Positions 42,469-54,716 are shown, counted from the first letter of the stretch. The stretch is DNA of 64,000 nt from an uncultured Nitrososphaerales archaeon (GCA_963841565.1 CAWJCY010000012.1:32001-96000), one strand, 5' to 3'. Numbers and translations: made by a program. The notes: generated by a model not told the origin, from the letters alone.

Positions 42469-43345
42469 CTAACGCGTAGTATATTTGCGTTCTAAATCTA
42501 TGTACTTTTGTAGGTTTACTAGCCTATTGAATTCTTCAAAAGTTATCATTTTTTCCCTTTCTCTAGATGTACTACCTGATCTATGCAGCTCCTCGAACAC
42601 TTGTTTCATAGCAAACGCTGAAGCAAATAAACCAGAGAGCGGAAAAACACCGATCCTGAAACCCAAGTCATGAAGCTCCGATGCCGTCAGGTTTGGTGTT
42701 ATCCCCCCCTCGATCATGTTAGCTACTAACGGGGCATCAATCTTGCTGCCAATTTCCTTTAGCTCGTCTATCGATCTCAGGAGCTTCGACGAAGATGACA
42801 TCTGCGCCAAATTTGAAATATTCTCTGCCACGTTCTATAGCTTCATCCAGGCCAGAAGTGGCACGAGCATCAGTTCTAGCAACTACAATAAAGTCCTTGT
42901 CATCACGTGCGTCGATCGCAGCAGTTAGTTTCAGTAAATATTCATCGACTGAAATTATTTCCTTCCCTGCCATGTGACCGCACCGCTTCGGCCAAACTTG
43001 ATCCTCTAAAAAGACTCCTGAGATACCCATCGATTCAAGGTCTTTTACAATACGCCATACGGTTAGCGGGTTACCATATCCAGTATCAATATCCACTATG
43101 ACAGGAATATCGACTGCTCGGACTATTTTTCGTGCATTATCCATAGTTTCTCCCGCATTCAAAAAACCATAATCCGGCATGCCTAGTACAGTGGCTGCAG
43201 ATCCGTAACCGGTTTGAAAAATAGCGTCGAAGCCTGTAATCTCAGTGATTCGAGCGCTCAATGCGTCAAATACCCCAGGTAACACAACGAATTCGTTAGG
43301 GTTCAGAATTTTTTGTCTAAGCTGAACAATTGATTTGGAATTCAC
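42469..43345 (-). CDS. prpB: Isocitrate lyase/PEP mutase family (methylisocitrate lyase-like), +1 frameshift near 42782
   Basis: PGVFDALSA, DIDTGYG, EDQVWPKRCGH, ARTDA; continues RSIDEL..ANMIEGG.TP. Confidence 0.85.
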
Positions 43346-43610
43346 AATGCAGAATAGAACAAATTGGCTATTAAGTTATCGTCATTTTAACTGAAACGGT
43401 CCGAATTTTTTGGGTCTTCATATTAAATTAGCCCAGAAGGCAGCAATACAGCTACTCTGGAATCTACCCAAATACTATGCTTAAAATAAATCCTGAATTA
43501 GCATCATCAGGTTTAATCTTCAAATGGTGATTCATACCACTTTTTTCCTGTAGGAACTTGGTCAAACATAACTATAAATCGTATCTGGCCTATTGAAATG
43601 AACGATTCAA

Positions 43611-43967
43611 GTGGTTCTACATATTTACGTAGATGGTAGCGGAAGTCCTTACTTCAAATATGGTTACTTTATAGATGAAACTGGAGAATCTCATATGGAA
43701 CATCTTGAAGGTATTTCCAATAATGAGGCGGAATACTTGGCGATCATCGCTGCGCTTAACAATGTTGCTAATAAAGACAGTCAAATTGTACTACTATCTG
43801 ATAGCCAATTGGTAGTAAATCAAATCAATCACAAATTTGGGATAAACAATGAAAAATTAAGAAGACTTGCTACTCAGGTTTGGGTCCTTGAAAAAAAATT
43901 TGAGAAATTCGAACTTCAATGGCTGCGCAGGTCCGAAAACAAGGCAGGAAAGATGCTTGGTAGCTGA
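43611..43967 (+). CDS. rnhA: Ribonuclease HI family protein
   Basis: YVDGS, SNNEAEY.A, SDSQLVVNQ, W..R.EN..A. Confidence 0.88.
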   Translation: MVLHIYVDGSGSPYFKYGYFIDETGESHMEHLEGISNNEAEYLAIIAALNNVANKDSQIVLLSDSQLVVNQINHKFGINNEKLRRLATQVWVLEKKFEKFELQWLRRSENKAGKMLGS

Positions 43968-44814
43968 AAACACAATCTGCAATCCTGAACGAATAGAAGA
44001 AGGAAATTAGAAGAAGGAAATTAGATTTGATTTGTTTACAAAATCAAAATTGGTATCGCTCACCTTGCGTAACGGGAATATTCAATGCACGTTCTAATCT
44101 GTAGAAACCCTACTTGGCCAGTATATAATTACAAACATTCTAGCACTGAGGACTATTATATATTTTACATGTTACAAAAGGACTCACTGTATCAAAATGA
44201 TACCAGATTGGATCATGATAAAGTCAGTGAGGAACATTGGCACTGAAATGCCTAGACTTACAGTTTCTCATGCAACCAGTAAGGATAATTCTTTCGAATA
44301 TTTATCCTTAGAATAGATTTGAAAGATAATTCGCTTGTAGGGTTAATTTAAGTGAAGTGTAATTACATATATTATCTCCTTTCTTGCCACACTCTGGCCA
44401 ATGGCGGAGAGCAGATAGCCTATCCATCTTAGCCCTGAAAAAAACTAAACCCTCTTTACCCATATCTTGAAAAAAGCAAATCATTATCGTATTGCCGTGA
44501 TTAATTGCATAATATTTCTGGTCATTTCAACTGTAAGAAAAATAAATAAGAGGAGTAGATTAATCAGTTTTCACTAACGACCCAAACATATGATACAAAA
44601 CCATTTAATGGGTGGCAAATCGTAATATGATCAAATAACAAAAAACCTTCGGGCTTCTGTATTTCACAAGACTAAAGCCCTGGAATGATGGAATATGATT
44701 TCCTTCATTATTTTATTATTTTTTCAGTCACAAGTTCACGCTACAGGACTGATGGTTTCAAATAAACGTTCATTATTTCTTCTTTGATTGTCGTATTAAA
44801 ATCCGAGCGACTGT

Positions 44815-45090
44815 TTAGCCAGCTGAGATAGCTGAATCTTCTTCTGGAGCAGTGGTTAGTTCATTCATAGTATTGTAAATTTCCAAGTACCTCTTCCCTT
44901 TTTGGGTAGTAACGTAAGTTTGTTCTCCTAACCTGTATTCTAATAATCCATTATCTTGTAATTCTGTCAAATGGGCACAAAGTTGATTGTGAGAAAGATA
45001 TGCTTTATACATGATCTTGGTCTTATTTTCTGCAATTATTGCAGCTTCCAGGATCAGGGCATTTATGTCTTGTCTCCCCCTATTTTTCAT
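44815..45090 (-). CDS. Winged-helix regulator (archaeal HTH_45/ArsR-like)
   Basis: KTKIMYKAYLS..QL, YVTTQKG..YL. Confidence 0.85.
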   Translation of the reverse strand: MKNRGRQDINALILEAAIIAENKTKIMYKAYLSHNQLCAHLTELQDNGLLEYRLGEQTYVTTQKGKRYLEIYNTMNELTTAPEEDSAISAG

Positions 45091-45468
45091 GATATGATCT
45101 GCTATGGAGGATGAAGTTATTTATCAGAATCGAAAAGAGGTTATTAGTTTAGGTTATATTGAATATTTATGGTACTCCATACTATAATATTCTTCCTATC
45201 AAAACTAGTATTATGTAATACATATACATTTTTCGTAACTCAGACCAATCAGAAAAATATTGGAACATTCCAATGAATATGCATAAGGGGCTGCTGTTAT
45301 TGTGTGCAAGCTAGCTTCTCGTATTAATCGCATATCACTCCCATGGGCCATATGATGAATAGACTGAAATTTCCTGAATCTTTGACCTTTCACAATACAT
45401 CCGACCAACGCTCCATGTTAAGCAAATTTTCGAGGTACCTTCGTCGCATTTTCAATAATAATACATTT

Positions 45469-45625
45469 TCAGGTCCTCTTTCCCTTCCATCCTTCAAAGC
45501 ATTGTAAATGATAGTACTCTGTTTCATTCCCTGTATTGGCCACTACGTACACGCTCCCAAGGGAGTCCAGGTTTATTACTTTTTTGCATTCACTGCAGAA
45601 TACTGGGGCTTGTGCTCGCCGACAT
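45469..45625 (-). CDS. ~51-aa CxxC..HxxC zinc-finger microprotein, +1 frameshift just after the start (not in ORF track)
   Basis: ..RAQAPVFCSECKKVINLDSLGSVYVVANTGNETEYYHLQCFEGWKGKRT*; ATG at 45625 is one base out of frame. Confidence 0.55.
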
Positions 45626-46100
45626 AGTTACTCTTTCCTATCCGTTCTTAATAGGCAAGAATTAAGATTTTAACTTTGCTGTCAACCTCCAGTTCAGGTG
45701 AATTGTCTAGCATTTGTACTTGATGCGATTGCTAGACATTCCCCAATCTAGCACGCGTTTCGTGCAAATAGTATGTTGAAGGTGGAATAAGTGAGTTGTC
45801 CCGGTTTTAATAATTAATGCAAGATAAGCAAAGCCTGAATCTACTGAAGATCATTGGGAAGAGTACCGACTTGAAGATCGTTTTATATTAAGCTGTTAGA
45901 AAAGTGATTTACAACTGCAGGAGACCAAACCTTAATAGAAATGTAAGCGCGTGCAATCTAAGAAACAATTAAAATGACTAGATTTAAGGAATTATGAGGA
46001 TGCGGGTTTGTTTGAACATTACTCAAGTTCGATGCTACACCCACTATCAATTCAACATCTTTGAGACAAGAGATAAATAATTGAAGTGCGTTGATGGAGT

Positions 46101-46754
46101 GTGCAAGAGGAGAAGGATCAGAGTAAGAAACAATCTGTAACTATTGCCTCGTATCTTTTGTCTACCGTTGGATCCATTTCTAATTCTGATGTGATCATCC
46201 TTGAAGCAAACGGTCCTGTTGACGATGCGAGCCATCTTATGAAAGATAAGAACTCGACAAGTGTTCTCGTGTCTGCAAGGGGGGATATCGTTGGCGTGGT
46301 CAGCAAGACAGACATTTTATTCAAAGTAATGTCTCAAAACAGAGATCCCTCTAAGGTAAAACTTCGAGAAATAATGTCTAGTCCAGTCCTGACAATACGT
46401 CCTAATGCCACCGTAGAGGAAGCATTATCGAAGATGGCAAAACGAAATGTCAGACAAATTTATCTCCATGCCTTTAACGCAATAATCGGAGTGGTATCTA
46501 GGGAGCAGATCTATAGGAAGATGGAGGAGATATCTCTTTCGACTGAAAACTTGGCAATAAGTGGGACTCCAGTATGCATTGTGAATTCAAAATCTGTCAC
46601 ATATATCAAAGATAAAAGTAAGGTAAATTACCTGTGTCCATACTGCCAGTCACCGTTTGATACCACTGAAGGTCTTTCAAAACACATGGACAGATTTCAT
46701 AATGAATTTGATGCAGGCGTTCTTGAGGGAGACGTCAGGTCAATTTTCGAATAA
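46101..46754 (+). CDS. CBS-pair protein with C-terminal C2H2 zinc finger
   Basis: VGVVSKTDI, LREIMSSPV; CPYC..F...EGLSKHMDRFH. Confidence 0.88.
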   Translation: MQEEKDQSKKQSVTIASYLLSTVGSISNSDVIILEANGPVDDASHLMKDKNSTSVLVSARGDIVGVVSKTDILFKVMSQNRDPSKVKLREIMSSPVLTIRPNATVEEALSKMAKRNVRQIYLHAFNAIIGVVSREQIYRKMEEISLSTENLAISGTPVCIVNSKSVTYIKDKSKVNYLCPYCQSPFDTTEGLSKHMDRFHNEFDAGVLEGDVRSIFE

Positions 46755-47381
46755 TTCAATTGGTCCTTTTCGAATTGATAGGTTGTTTAAATTCTAACTC
46801 AAAAATTCTCATTTTAGCTAATTTGAGTCTGAACGGAATTCGTGGAATGTAACCATTCGTCTATATATTCAACTATATCCCAATAGGGAACAATATGCAA
46901 TGATAGAATTTGGATTAACAACCTTATTTGCATTTCAGGCTTCAACAACATACTCTAGGCCTGTCAACACATTCCTACTCTTTAGAACTATCCTATCGTA
47001 TGGGATTGAAACTGGTGATATTAGCTTCACCTATCACATATTCAAGGAATCTTAATTTAATGAAGGAATATGATAAGTGGAGCAATAGGTTATACCGCAG
47101 TTGATTGAAAATTCAAGGAGTCTATTCGATCTATGAATTATTTGATTAGACCGAATATCCATATGCTTTGTAGAAACGGAACTTGCATTTAGTTTCAATT
47201 CTGTCATTGTGGTATCCAATCGTTACAACAATTGGTTGTATCCTATGGCTGATCATGTTTTACATATTAGTGACAGTTATTCGCGAATTCTATTAATCTT
47301 TTTCAACTATTGTTGTAGTTTCTTACCGGATTGAGATTCTCTTAAGAAAACATAATAATAACCTATTCGTATAATTGTAGG

Positions 47382-47894
47382 TTGCAGAAACAAATGGCTA
47401 TACGGCCTTTCTGTATTAGGGAAAAAAGGCATAATGTGAACAAAGACATCGATAATATACATAGTGCATTTCTTTCATTTGAGGAGATTTGTCCACAATG
47501 GTCCCTAGCGCTGCGATTAGGAGTCACAAATAATTCCAACCTAGATATCCAGGATGCAAAGAACTGTATAGTCGGGGAGGCTCATGGCTTCAGAAATAGG
47601 GGCTTGCGATGTTCGAAATGCTGGGAGTATTCTCAGAGCTTCACTTTTTGTATATACGGAAATAAGATGCATAAATACATCATAACTGACAACCGAAGGT
47701 TTGAAGATTTAAAATTTGATTTTGTCTCTCATTTTAACCGAAAACACTTGCTTAATCGATCTCATCGACCACGTATGGTAGATCTGCCGATTCGAAGATT
47801 ATCAAGAATTTTACATGGGCTCAGAAATCTATTACTCCCATTGTTTCTTTATCAAAACGTTATCAAAAGTAGTAATCCGATCGTATTGAGTTAG
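47382..47894 (+). CDS. Hypothetical Cys/His metal-binding protein
   Basis: CPQW..CIVGEAHGF..CSKC..HFNRKH; start uncertain. Confidence 0.65.
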   Translation: MQKQMAIRPFCIREKRHNVNKDIDNIHSAFLSFEEICPQWSLALRLGVTNNSNLDIQDAKNCIVGEAHGFRNRGLRCSKCWEYSQSFTFCIYGNKMHKYIITDNRRFEDLKFDFVSHFNRKHLLNRSHRPRMVDLPIRRLSRILHGLRNLLLPLFLYQNVIKSSNPIVLS

Positions 47895-48208
47895 AAATAA
47901 GTCGGTTAAGGAAGTCTGTTGGCATTTTGGCTTTGAATTAATTGCAAGTTGTTCTGTCTATTTCATAAAGACGGTACTACGGTAATGACCGACAATGTTC
48001 TAGATGTCAATATCTTGTATGGCATTACTTGCGAATCTAAACATCGGCTCTAAAAACTGAACCTTAAGATAGTTGATCCAAGCTTATGCTAACACAACAT
48101 CGCATACACCCAGATAGGAAGAGGTCACTTTCAAAAGCTGGCATTTTAGTCGAAACAGTTGATAATTGAAAGACTCACAAAATTTAATAATTCCAAAGGT
48201 GTTTTTGA

Positions 48209-48718
48209 TTACTCTTGGTTAGAACCATATTTTTCCATGTGTACTAATAGGCGAAGGGGGAGGCGATTCTTTTTCTTACCGGTTAAAGCCCTAGTTGGAT
48301 AACCGAAACCCAGGATAATTGAGGGAGTCAAATCATTTGGGATCTTAAAGTCATTTCGAAGATTTGCTTCATTAATACCTGTGTACAGCCCTGACCCTAC
48401 CCCCTCATTCCATGCAGTAAGTTGCATGTTTTGAGCAACTCTGCCCGCATCGATCAAATGAAAGCGCAGGGTTGGATTTGTCAGAATAATTATTGCAAAA
48501 TCTGCTCCTACGATCCATGCTCCGCTTGTGCTATCCAAGGCAAGCTGACTCAAATTTTTCTTTTCCTCAACTAGAATGAACCGCCAGTGTTGCAAGTTCA
48601 AGCCGGAACCTGTTTGTCTAGCAGATTCGAGAATTCTTTGCTTTATATCAGATTCAACTTCTTTTCTCATAAATTCCCTTACTTCAAGTTTTGATATTAT
48701 GCATTCGAAAGTGTCCAT
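48209..48718 (-). CDS. Nitroreductase family protein
   Basis: SG.NLQHWRFILV, DAG..AQNMQLTAW..GVGS, GFGYP. Confidence 0.9.
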   Translation of the reverse strand: MDTFECIISKLEVREFMRKEVESDIKQRILESARQTGSGLNLQHWRFILVEEKKNLSQLALDSTSGAWIVGADFAIIILTNPTLRFHLIDAGRVAQNMQLTAWNEGVGSGLYTGINEANLRNDFKIPNDLTPSIILGFGYPTRALTGKKKNRLPLRLLVHMEKYGSNQE

Positions 48719-49044
48719 TTCCTGGTGATCAACACAATATATTATTTGAGGCCTTAAAGGCTTTCATACCCCACAGTTGCAGAACCCAGTCTGTTGAATC
48801 CACCAGACTCAAACGTTAATTGTATTTAGGACTCCGTTTATCTCTTGTCCAAGGCGCATCGACTAACCGTTTCCCTCATAGCTATTAGTATTTAAACTCC
48901 TTCGTTTTCCGAGTATGAATATTAATTCTCTCTCCTATTCTCCGTTTGATTCATTTCCACCATAATGACTAGTTTCATCTCACCGATAATCGACCGAGAA
49001 AGATTGTCGTTCATACACGACCCAAAAAAATTTCCTTCAATTGA

Positions 49045-50370
49045 TCAATTCTCTTGTTCGCTAGTTTCATCTTGAGACGAGGAATCAACTTCAGACAGAG
49101 AGGATGGGATTATTTTCAGGAGACTTCCCTGACCTTCACTTTCTCTATCGTATGTCAGAATGTACAAATTGCCATCAGGACCAGTTTCAATTTCGGCAAT
49201 CCCTGTAAAGCCAGTTCCAAGTGTTATGGCTGACATTTCATCATCGCTGTCTGCAACCAAGTCGCTCAAAAGTGGATCACTTTCCAAGCTTATCCCTGTC
49301 CTATCGGCGTTAAGCCGGAAAAAGTAAAGTGTTCCTGAAGTTATATCTCCTGCAAAGATTCCATTTTCGTATGTTGAGCCAAATGCTGTTGAATTTAAAA
49401 ACTCAATGTCGGTTAATCCTCGAGATTCAGCCCAGCTAAAGACAGGGTCAGCATAATGTGAGCCTGGGAGATTAACCAAATCAGATTCAGACACGCCTGC
49501 ATTAGTACCCATAGGTCCCATGACTGATTTCCAGCCGCTATTAAATCCAGGTTCAACCAGGTTAATTTCATCGAATACATCCTCGCCATTTTCTGCATCC
49601 CAAAGTTTTCCCGTCACGGGGTCAAAATCGAACCCATAACTGTTTCTAATACCATAGGCATAATATCTGCTGGCCTCCTCGCCGCTAGCGACAAACGGAT
49701 TATTCGTAGAGGCAGATCCATCAAAGGGGTTCACTCTAAGAATTACGCCGGTATCATCTGGCGGCGGGCCATTTTGCAAGTTTTGAAGCTGCCCTTCCCT
49801 CTGCATTTCTCCAACTACGACATATAGTTGCTTATCTGGGCCAACCTTGAGCTTTCCTCCTTGATGATTTGTGCCTGGCGTAGATGGCAGATCTAGGAGT
49901 AATCGTGGGTCAGTTAGAGAGGAGCCGTCCCAGGCATAGCTATATACCCTGTTCCTGACCTCGCCTTCAGTAGAGACTCCCTCCACCTGAGCGCCGCTTT
50001 CAGTGACAAAAAGGTATACCCTATTACCATCGTAAGTTATACCTAATAAGCCACGCTCATTGTTACTCTCAATTTGTTCAATCTGAAAGACTGGTGCTGA
50101 TTGCAACACACCGTTTGAAATCAATCTGACATTCCCTTCTTTCTCCAAAAATAGGATGGTATTATTATCAAGAAAGGAAAGACTAGTCGGAGAAGCTAAT
50201 CCATCTACCATAGATTGAATTGTGAGACTTGGATCGTTAAGTTGCCCTTGAGCAAAGGCCGAATTAAGACTCGAAGGAAAAAGGATGAAAGTAAAAATAA
50301 ACGCCGCAAAATGCACAATCCCTAAAGTCACCAAAGTAGCCGACATATCTATTATTTTAAGACAAGCCAT
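49045..50370 (-). CDS. Secreted PQQ-dependent glucose/sorbosone dehydrogenase
   Basis: ERGLLG, HQGG.L.VGPD, YAYGIRNSYGFDFDP, ENG...DEIN...G.N.GW. Confidence 0.92.
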   Translation of the reverse strand: MACLKIIDMSATLVTLGIVHFAAFIFTFILFPSSLNSAFAQGQLNDPSLTIQSMVDGLASPTSLSFLDNNTILFLEKEGNVRLISNGVLQSAPVFQIEQIESNNERGLLGITYDGNRVYLFVTESGAQVEGVSTEGEVRNRVYSYAWDGSSLTDPRLLLDLPSTPGTNHQGGKLKVGPDKQLYVVVGEMQREGQLQNLQNGPPPDDTGVILRVNPFDGSASTNNPFVASGEEASRYYAYGIRNSYGFDFDPVTGKLWDAENGEDVFDEINLVEPGFNSGWKSVMGPMGTNAGVSESDLVNLPGSHYADPVFSWAESRGLTDIEFLNSTAFGSTYENGIFAGDITSGTLYFFRLNADRTGISLESDPLLSDLVADSDDEMSAITLGTGFTGIAEIETGPDGNLYILTYDRESEGQGSLLKIIPSSLSEVDSSSQDETSEQEN

Positions 50371-50773
50371 TGTTTCTTAAATTAACTTTGAGTCTACAAA
50401 GTACCACACCGCAAACTAATCTGTTTTTTTTGATTATTTCCGAAGAATAAAAGCAGGGGTTTAACTTGCGTTTTCCTATACTAGTTGGCGAAGTAGCATA
50501 TGCTAAGACGGCGGTTAAAACATTAGCCTGATTATTCAATGACTCTCAATGGCAAGACAAACAATAGCCTATCGTGCCAAGATAAGATAATATGTTGTTT
50601 TTCCATGAAGTGTGTCAGAGCCAGAAGGATTTCAAGAAATATATGGTCAAATTGGTTGAAAATACTTAGTTATTTTCCTTCAGAGTGAGCTTTCAAGTCA
50701 GCGAAGGATAGCTAATAAAAAGCTCAAAAATATTGGTAGAAAAATCAAGTTTTGCTATAGAACGATGAGTTGG

Positions 50774-51100
50774 TTATATTCCCACAGTATCGACCTTCTT
50801 AATCTCTAGAGTAACTCTGTCCCCTACTTTTAGACCCATGTCCTCGTACTCCCTCATACTCAACTTTAAGGTAGGAGATTCGGAAAGCCCGACGCCTCCC
50901 ATCATGTTTGAAAACGCCTTGGGTAAATTCTTCATCATGTCTTCTGGAGATGTAAAAGCAAATGCATGAGCCCCAAAGGGACTCTGAGGTGAGCGATGTC
51001 TGCTTTCACTTGTAGAAGAAGGATCGCTAAAGCTCAGATATATGTATGGGCTACCGTCTTGGGTTGCTTCGATGCGTGAGACTATAAATTCTTTCTTCAT
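50774..51100 (-). CDS. Conserved hypothetical protein
   Basis: MKKEFIVSRIE..EYEDMGLKVGDRVTLEI; start moved to 51100. Confidence 0.7.
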   Translation of the reverse strand: MKKEFIVSRIEATQDGSPYIYLSFSDPSSTSESRHRSPQSPFGAHAFAFTSPEDMMKNLPKAFSNMMGGVGLSESPTLKLSMREYEDMGLKVGDRVTLEIKKVDTVGI

Positions 51101-51828
51101 TACTAAATGAATTAATGCAAACACTTTATAGTTTTTTGGGTTTACTTAATGATAAAACTGGTGAACGTTTGGCAGGATATCAGGCTCGACAAGTCTTAAG
51201 CAAACAGAATTTTAGAGATTTCTATTGAATTAACACATTTCAATAGCAGTGATCTTGGGGACAATGATCGATAAAATAGAGATCTAGAAATACGACGTAT
51301 TTTTCCCATATTTTTGCCCACTAGCAATCTATGAGTACAACAGACTGCGAGATTGGGCTACTTCTAAGCCTCAAAAGAGGTAATGAATATGGTCCTTTCC
51401 TTATCATATCCTAAAAATATGTGAAATCTTGTGTCAAAGAATACGCACTGGATATACACAGGAGTTGGACAGATCAGGATACACGCAATAATTCCAGCGT
51501 CAATTCGGATCTTGCTGTTGTTATGGCAGGGGAAATTTCAACTATCATTTAGGAACGTGAAGTGTAAAACAACAAAACAAATTTTAGCTTATCTATATGA
51601 AATCTATCTCGAAAATATCTGAAATCAATCCGTATGTCAACATGTCGCTATCATTTGTAGGTACTACAAACCAAAAACAAATCCCCAAGATAATGAGAGG
51701 CGTTGTGCAACGTTAAACTATACGCAACTTTTTTTAGATTTGAGCAAGACGCATCCTGCATTTTGTTAATTCTAGTATTTATTCATAATTCGGATGTGAG
51801 AAATATAGGAATAAACATATAAAGCATA

Positions 51829-53547
51829 ATGGTCTATCAACGAATTCGATTACTAGTGAAGACCATAGAGATTACTGAATCAGGATGTTCACCCGTTTAC
51901 TTGTGCATTTTTTCACTTCTGGTTTTCATCACGCTCTATGCTTCACATTCAATTCTTGATTACTTTCTCACTGAGAACAAATACACCAATTCGCTATCAC
52001 CTTTTCTCATGATAGTACACGCTACAGTAACTGGTAACAATACGTCACAGAGTAATGATGACTGGTGGCCAACAGTTAATCACGATTTGTATGGGACAAG
52101 GAGTACCAATCAAACCATAATCAATATGGAGAATGTCGATTCGTTGGGAGTCAAGTGGCAGATCGTAAATAATTTTGAAATACAAGATCCACCCATAGTT
52201 ATTAACAACACTGGTTACGTTCAAGATTATGCTGGAAATGTTTTCGCTTTTAATATAGAGGATGGGCGTGTTCTGTGGAATGTCCGTGTTGGTTATGGTC
52301 CGACAATGGGGCTAAGTTATGACAATGGCTTAATCTTTTCTAACACCGCTACGAAGGGTACTGTTGTTGCAATTAACTCAACAGATGGTAGTAAAGAATG
52401 GGAATCTGAAACTCTTGGTAATACCTCAGTGGGTTATAGCATAGATTCCTTTCCTATTGTATGGAAAAGTTACGTAATTACTGGTTCAGGGGGTAGCGGA
52501 TTGCCGCCGGGCCTTGGTCTGGTAAAGGGTAACGTTACAGCACTTAACCGTACTGACGGCAGTATACTGTGGAACCTTGAAACAACCACTGGTGAATGGG
52601 TTGAAATGGGCAAGACCCCGCCAAATGGAGGGGCAACGGCATGGTCTGGAGGTTCATTTGATCCAGAAGAAGGAATTTTATATTTCCCGTTAGGGAGCGC
52701 TTCTCCGAACTTTAATGCTTCTACAAGACAAACACCAAACCTCTATTCCAATCATATGATAGCTGTGAACGTTACTTCAGGGGAGATAATATGGGCAACG
52801 CCATTTATAGCACATGATACCGTCCTAAGTAATGTTATAGTTCCAGATACTCACGATTGGGATACGTCGTGGGGTAGGAGCATTAGTAAGATTTCGCTGC
52901 AAAATGGCACTGAGAAGAAGATCGTGATAGGACATGATAAGATGGGTAACTTAATTGCGATGGATGGCAAGACCGGTGATGAGATATGGTGGAAGACATT
53001 GGGGAAACCAATCAACGTCAATAAAATTCCTGCACCAAACGGGACAGGCCTCATTTGGGCATACGGTGTATATAATTATCATGCTGTGGACAACAATAAT
53101 ACGCTGTACATTACTGCAACAAACCGAGGTTTAGATTTCTTCACCGATGGTTTGAGTGGTCATAAGAAGGCAGCTCCGGATACAATCGAGCAAGGACTAA
53201 AGAATGGGACAATTTATGCGATTGATATCCTCACCGGTAAAATTAAATGGAAATTTGATACAGGGTTTCCACCGAGAGTGTCTCCTCTGGTTACTAATGA
53301 TTTACTGTTTACTGGCTATATTCCATACGAAAGACAAACAAAGTCAGGGACGATTCTGGCTCTAGACAAACAGAATGGAAGCAAATTATGGGAGTTTAAT
53401 GTGGATGCGCCTATAGCCCCGGTTGGGCCATCTATCGCTAATGGTCTACTTTTTGTACCCACAGGCAAATTAGTCTCTAACCCCGCTCATTCATCTAGTA
53501 GCGGTGAGGGTTCATTGATTGCATTTGAGCCTAGGGCGTCTAGTTAA
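51829..53547 (+). CDS. Secreted PQQ-binding beta-propeller (quinoprotein dehydrogenase-like)
   Basis: Repeated A[LF]D/N..G...W Trp-docking motifs, GGATAW..SFDP, NLYSN, HDWD. Confidence 0.88.
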   Translation: MVYQRIRLLVKTIEITESGCSPVYLCIFSLLVFITLYASHSILDYFLTENKYTNSLSPFLMIVHATVTGNNTSQSNDDWWPTVNHDLYGTRSTNQTIINMENVDSLGVKWQIVNNFEIQDPPIVINNTGYVQDYAGNVFAFNIEDGRVLWNVRVGYGPTMGLSYDNGLIFSNTATKGTVVAINSTDGSKEWESETLGNTSVGYSIDSFPIVWKSYVITGSGGSGLPPGLGLVKGNVTALNRTDGSILWNLETTTGEWVEMGKTPPNGGATAWSGGSFDPEEGILYFPLGSASPNFNASTRQTPNLYSNHMIAVNVTSGEIIWATPFIAHDTVLSNVIVPDTHDWDTSWGRSISKISLQNGTEKKIVIGHDKMGNLIAMDGKTGDEIWWKTLGKPINVNKIPAPNGTGLIWAYGVYNYHAVDNNNTLYITATNRGLDFFTDGLSGHKKAAPDTIEQGLKNGTIYAIDILTGKIKWKFDTGFPPRVSPLVTNDLLFTGYIPYERQTKSGTILALDKQNGSKLWEFNVDAPIAPVGPSIANGLLFVPTGKLVSNPAHSSSSGEGSLIAFEPRASS

Positions 53548-53909
53548 GAATTTCTTTCATAGCCGAAGTAAAGCGTGGCCATCATAATTATAAATGGCAC
53601 ATTTTTTCATTTGTGAGTTATAACCAAATACTATAACTTCAATCAACAAATCAAATACACAATTTTAGCTGGATGGTCCACATTCACACTTGAATTCGGG
53701 GCAGCCAACTCTTAGTAAATTAGTCGTCAGACTACCGGAATGTCTCAATGTCTGAATGTCTTGTCTGAAAGATTTACAAGATAAGCCACAATTAAAACAT
53801 GAATGATAATCGCAATGGCAGTAAAAACAGGGCGTAGTAAAATCTGAAATATGAATAAATACTCAAAGAAATATGTAATTAGACAGCCCACATGAGGAGG
53901 AGATTATAG

Positions 53910-54716
53910 TTGCAACTTCAATGTCGTAGGTGGGATTCCAACTTTAACTTGGTATATTTTACTCTTTTTGCGTTTACTCTCAGTAATTGCGTTGCTATTT
54001 TGATGATAGAAGCACAAATTATTGATTCTATTTCAGTATATGGAATATTAGATGCAAGCTGCGGAAGTGTAATTAATGAATCCACTAAGCTTTCAGCAAA
54101 TCTTGTTTGTAATGATCATGGAATAATAGTCAACGCTTCAGACGTATCAATTGCGTTGAACGGATATTCCATAATTGGCCCTGGGAGCCAAAGTACAAAG
54201 TCTGGATTAATTGTCCCAGATCTTGCTAACATAACGGTCTATGGTCCAGGGCGCATTGTCAACTTCCAATCGGGCATCTTTGCAACAGGTTCTGACACGT
54301 TAGATATATCTTCGATCTTCCTTGACGAGAATCGAATAGGCGTTTACCTGACTGGTTCCTCTAATTCAATCATAGATTATAACATGATGAGGAACAATGA
54401 ATTAGGAATTGCAGCACATTCTAGTAGTGGCATTTTGTCCAATGAAAACTATTTTTATAATAATTCGCTAGCCGGAGTTTCTCTGATCAATACAGGAGAT
54501 TCGTCAATTAAATTAAACTACATAAATGGAAGCCAAAACGGCATTTTCACCGATCCCTCTAGTATGTCAAATAACATCTCATTTAATTTCTTGCGCAATA
54601 TTATTGATATTAACAGTGCCAACGGGTTATCAAATGATATGACAAATAATACATACGAAGGTAATTTCTGTGAGCTTAGCCTGCCATCCGGGATATGTAG
54701 AGGAGTGACAGATTAA
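53910..54716 (+). CDS. Secreted right-handed beta-helix (NosD-like) protein, paralogue of 33141..33917
   Basis: ASCG.V..LSANL.C, NGYSI.GPG, NFQ.G, IDINSANGL, C..S.PSGIC shared with the paralogue. Confidence 0.85.
   Translation: MQLQCRRWDSNFNLVYFTLFAFTLSNCVAILMIEAQIIDSISVYGILDASCGSVINESTKLSANLVCNDHGIIVNASDVSIALNGYSIIGPGSQSTKSGLIVPDLANITVYGPGRIVNFQSGIFATGSDTLDISSIFLDENRIGVYLTGSSNSIIDYNMMRNNELGIAAHSSSGILSNENYFYNNSLAGVSLINTGDSSIKLNYINGSQNGIFTDPSSMSNNISFNFLRNIIDINSANGLSNDMTNNTYEGNFCELSLPSGICRGVTD

Noticed and set aside
43420-43540. Possible TPR gene remnant (LKIKPDDA); a similar hint near 9560-9610
   Set aside because: Too short and interrupted to support.
43994-44024. 14-bp tandem repeat TAGAAGAAGGAAAT x2
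   Set aside because: Simple slippage duplication with no evidence of function.
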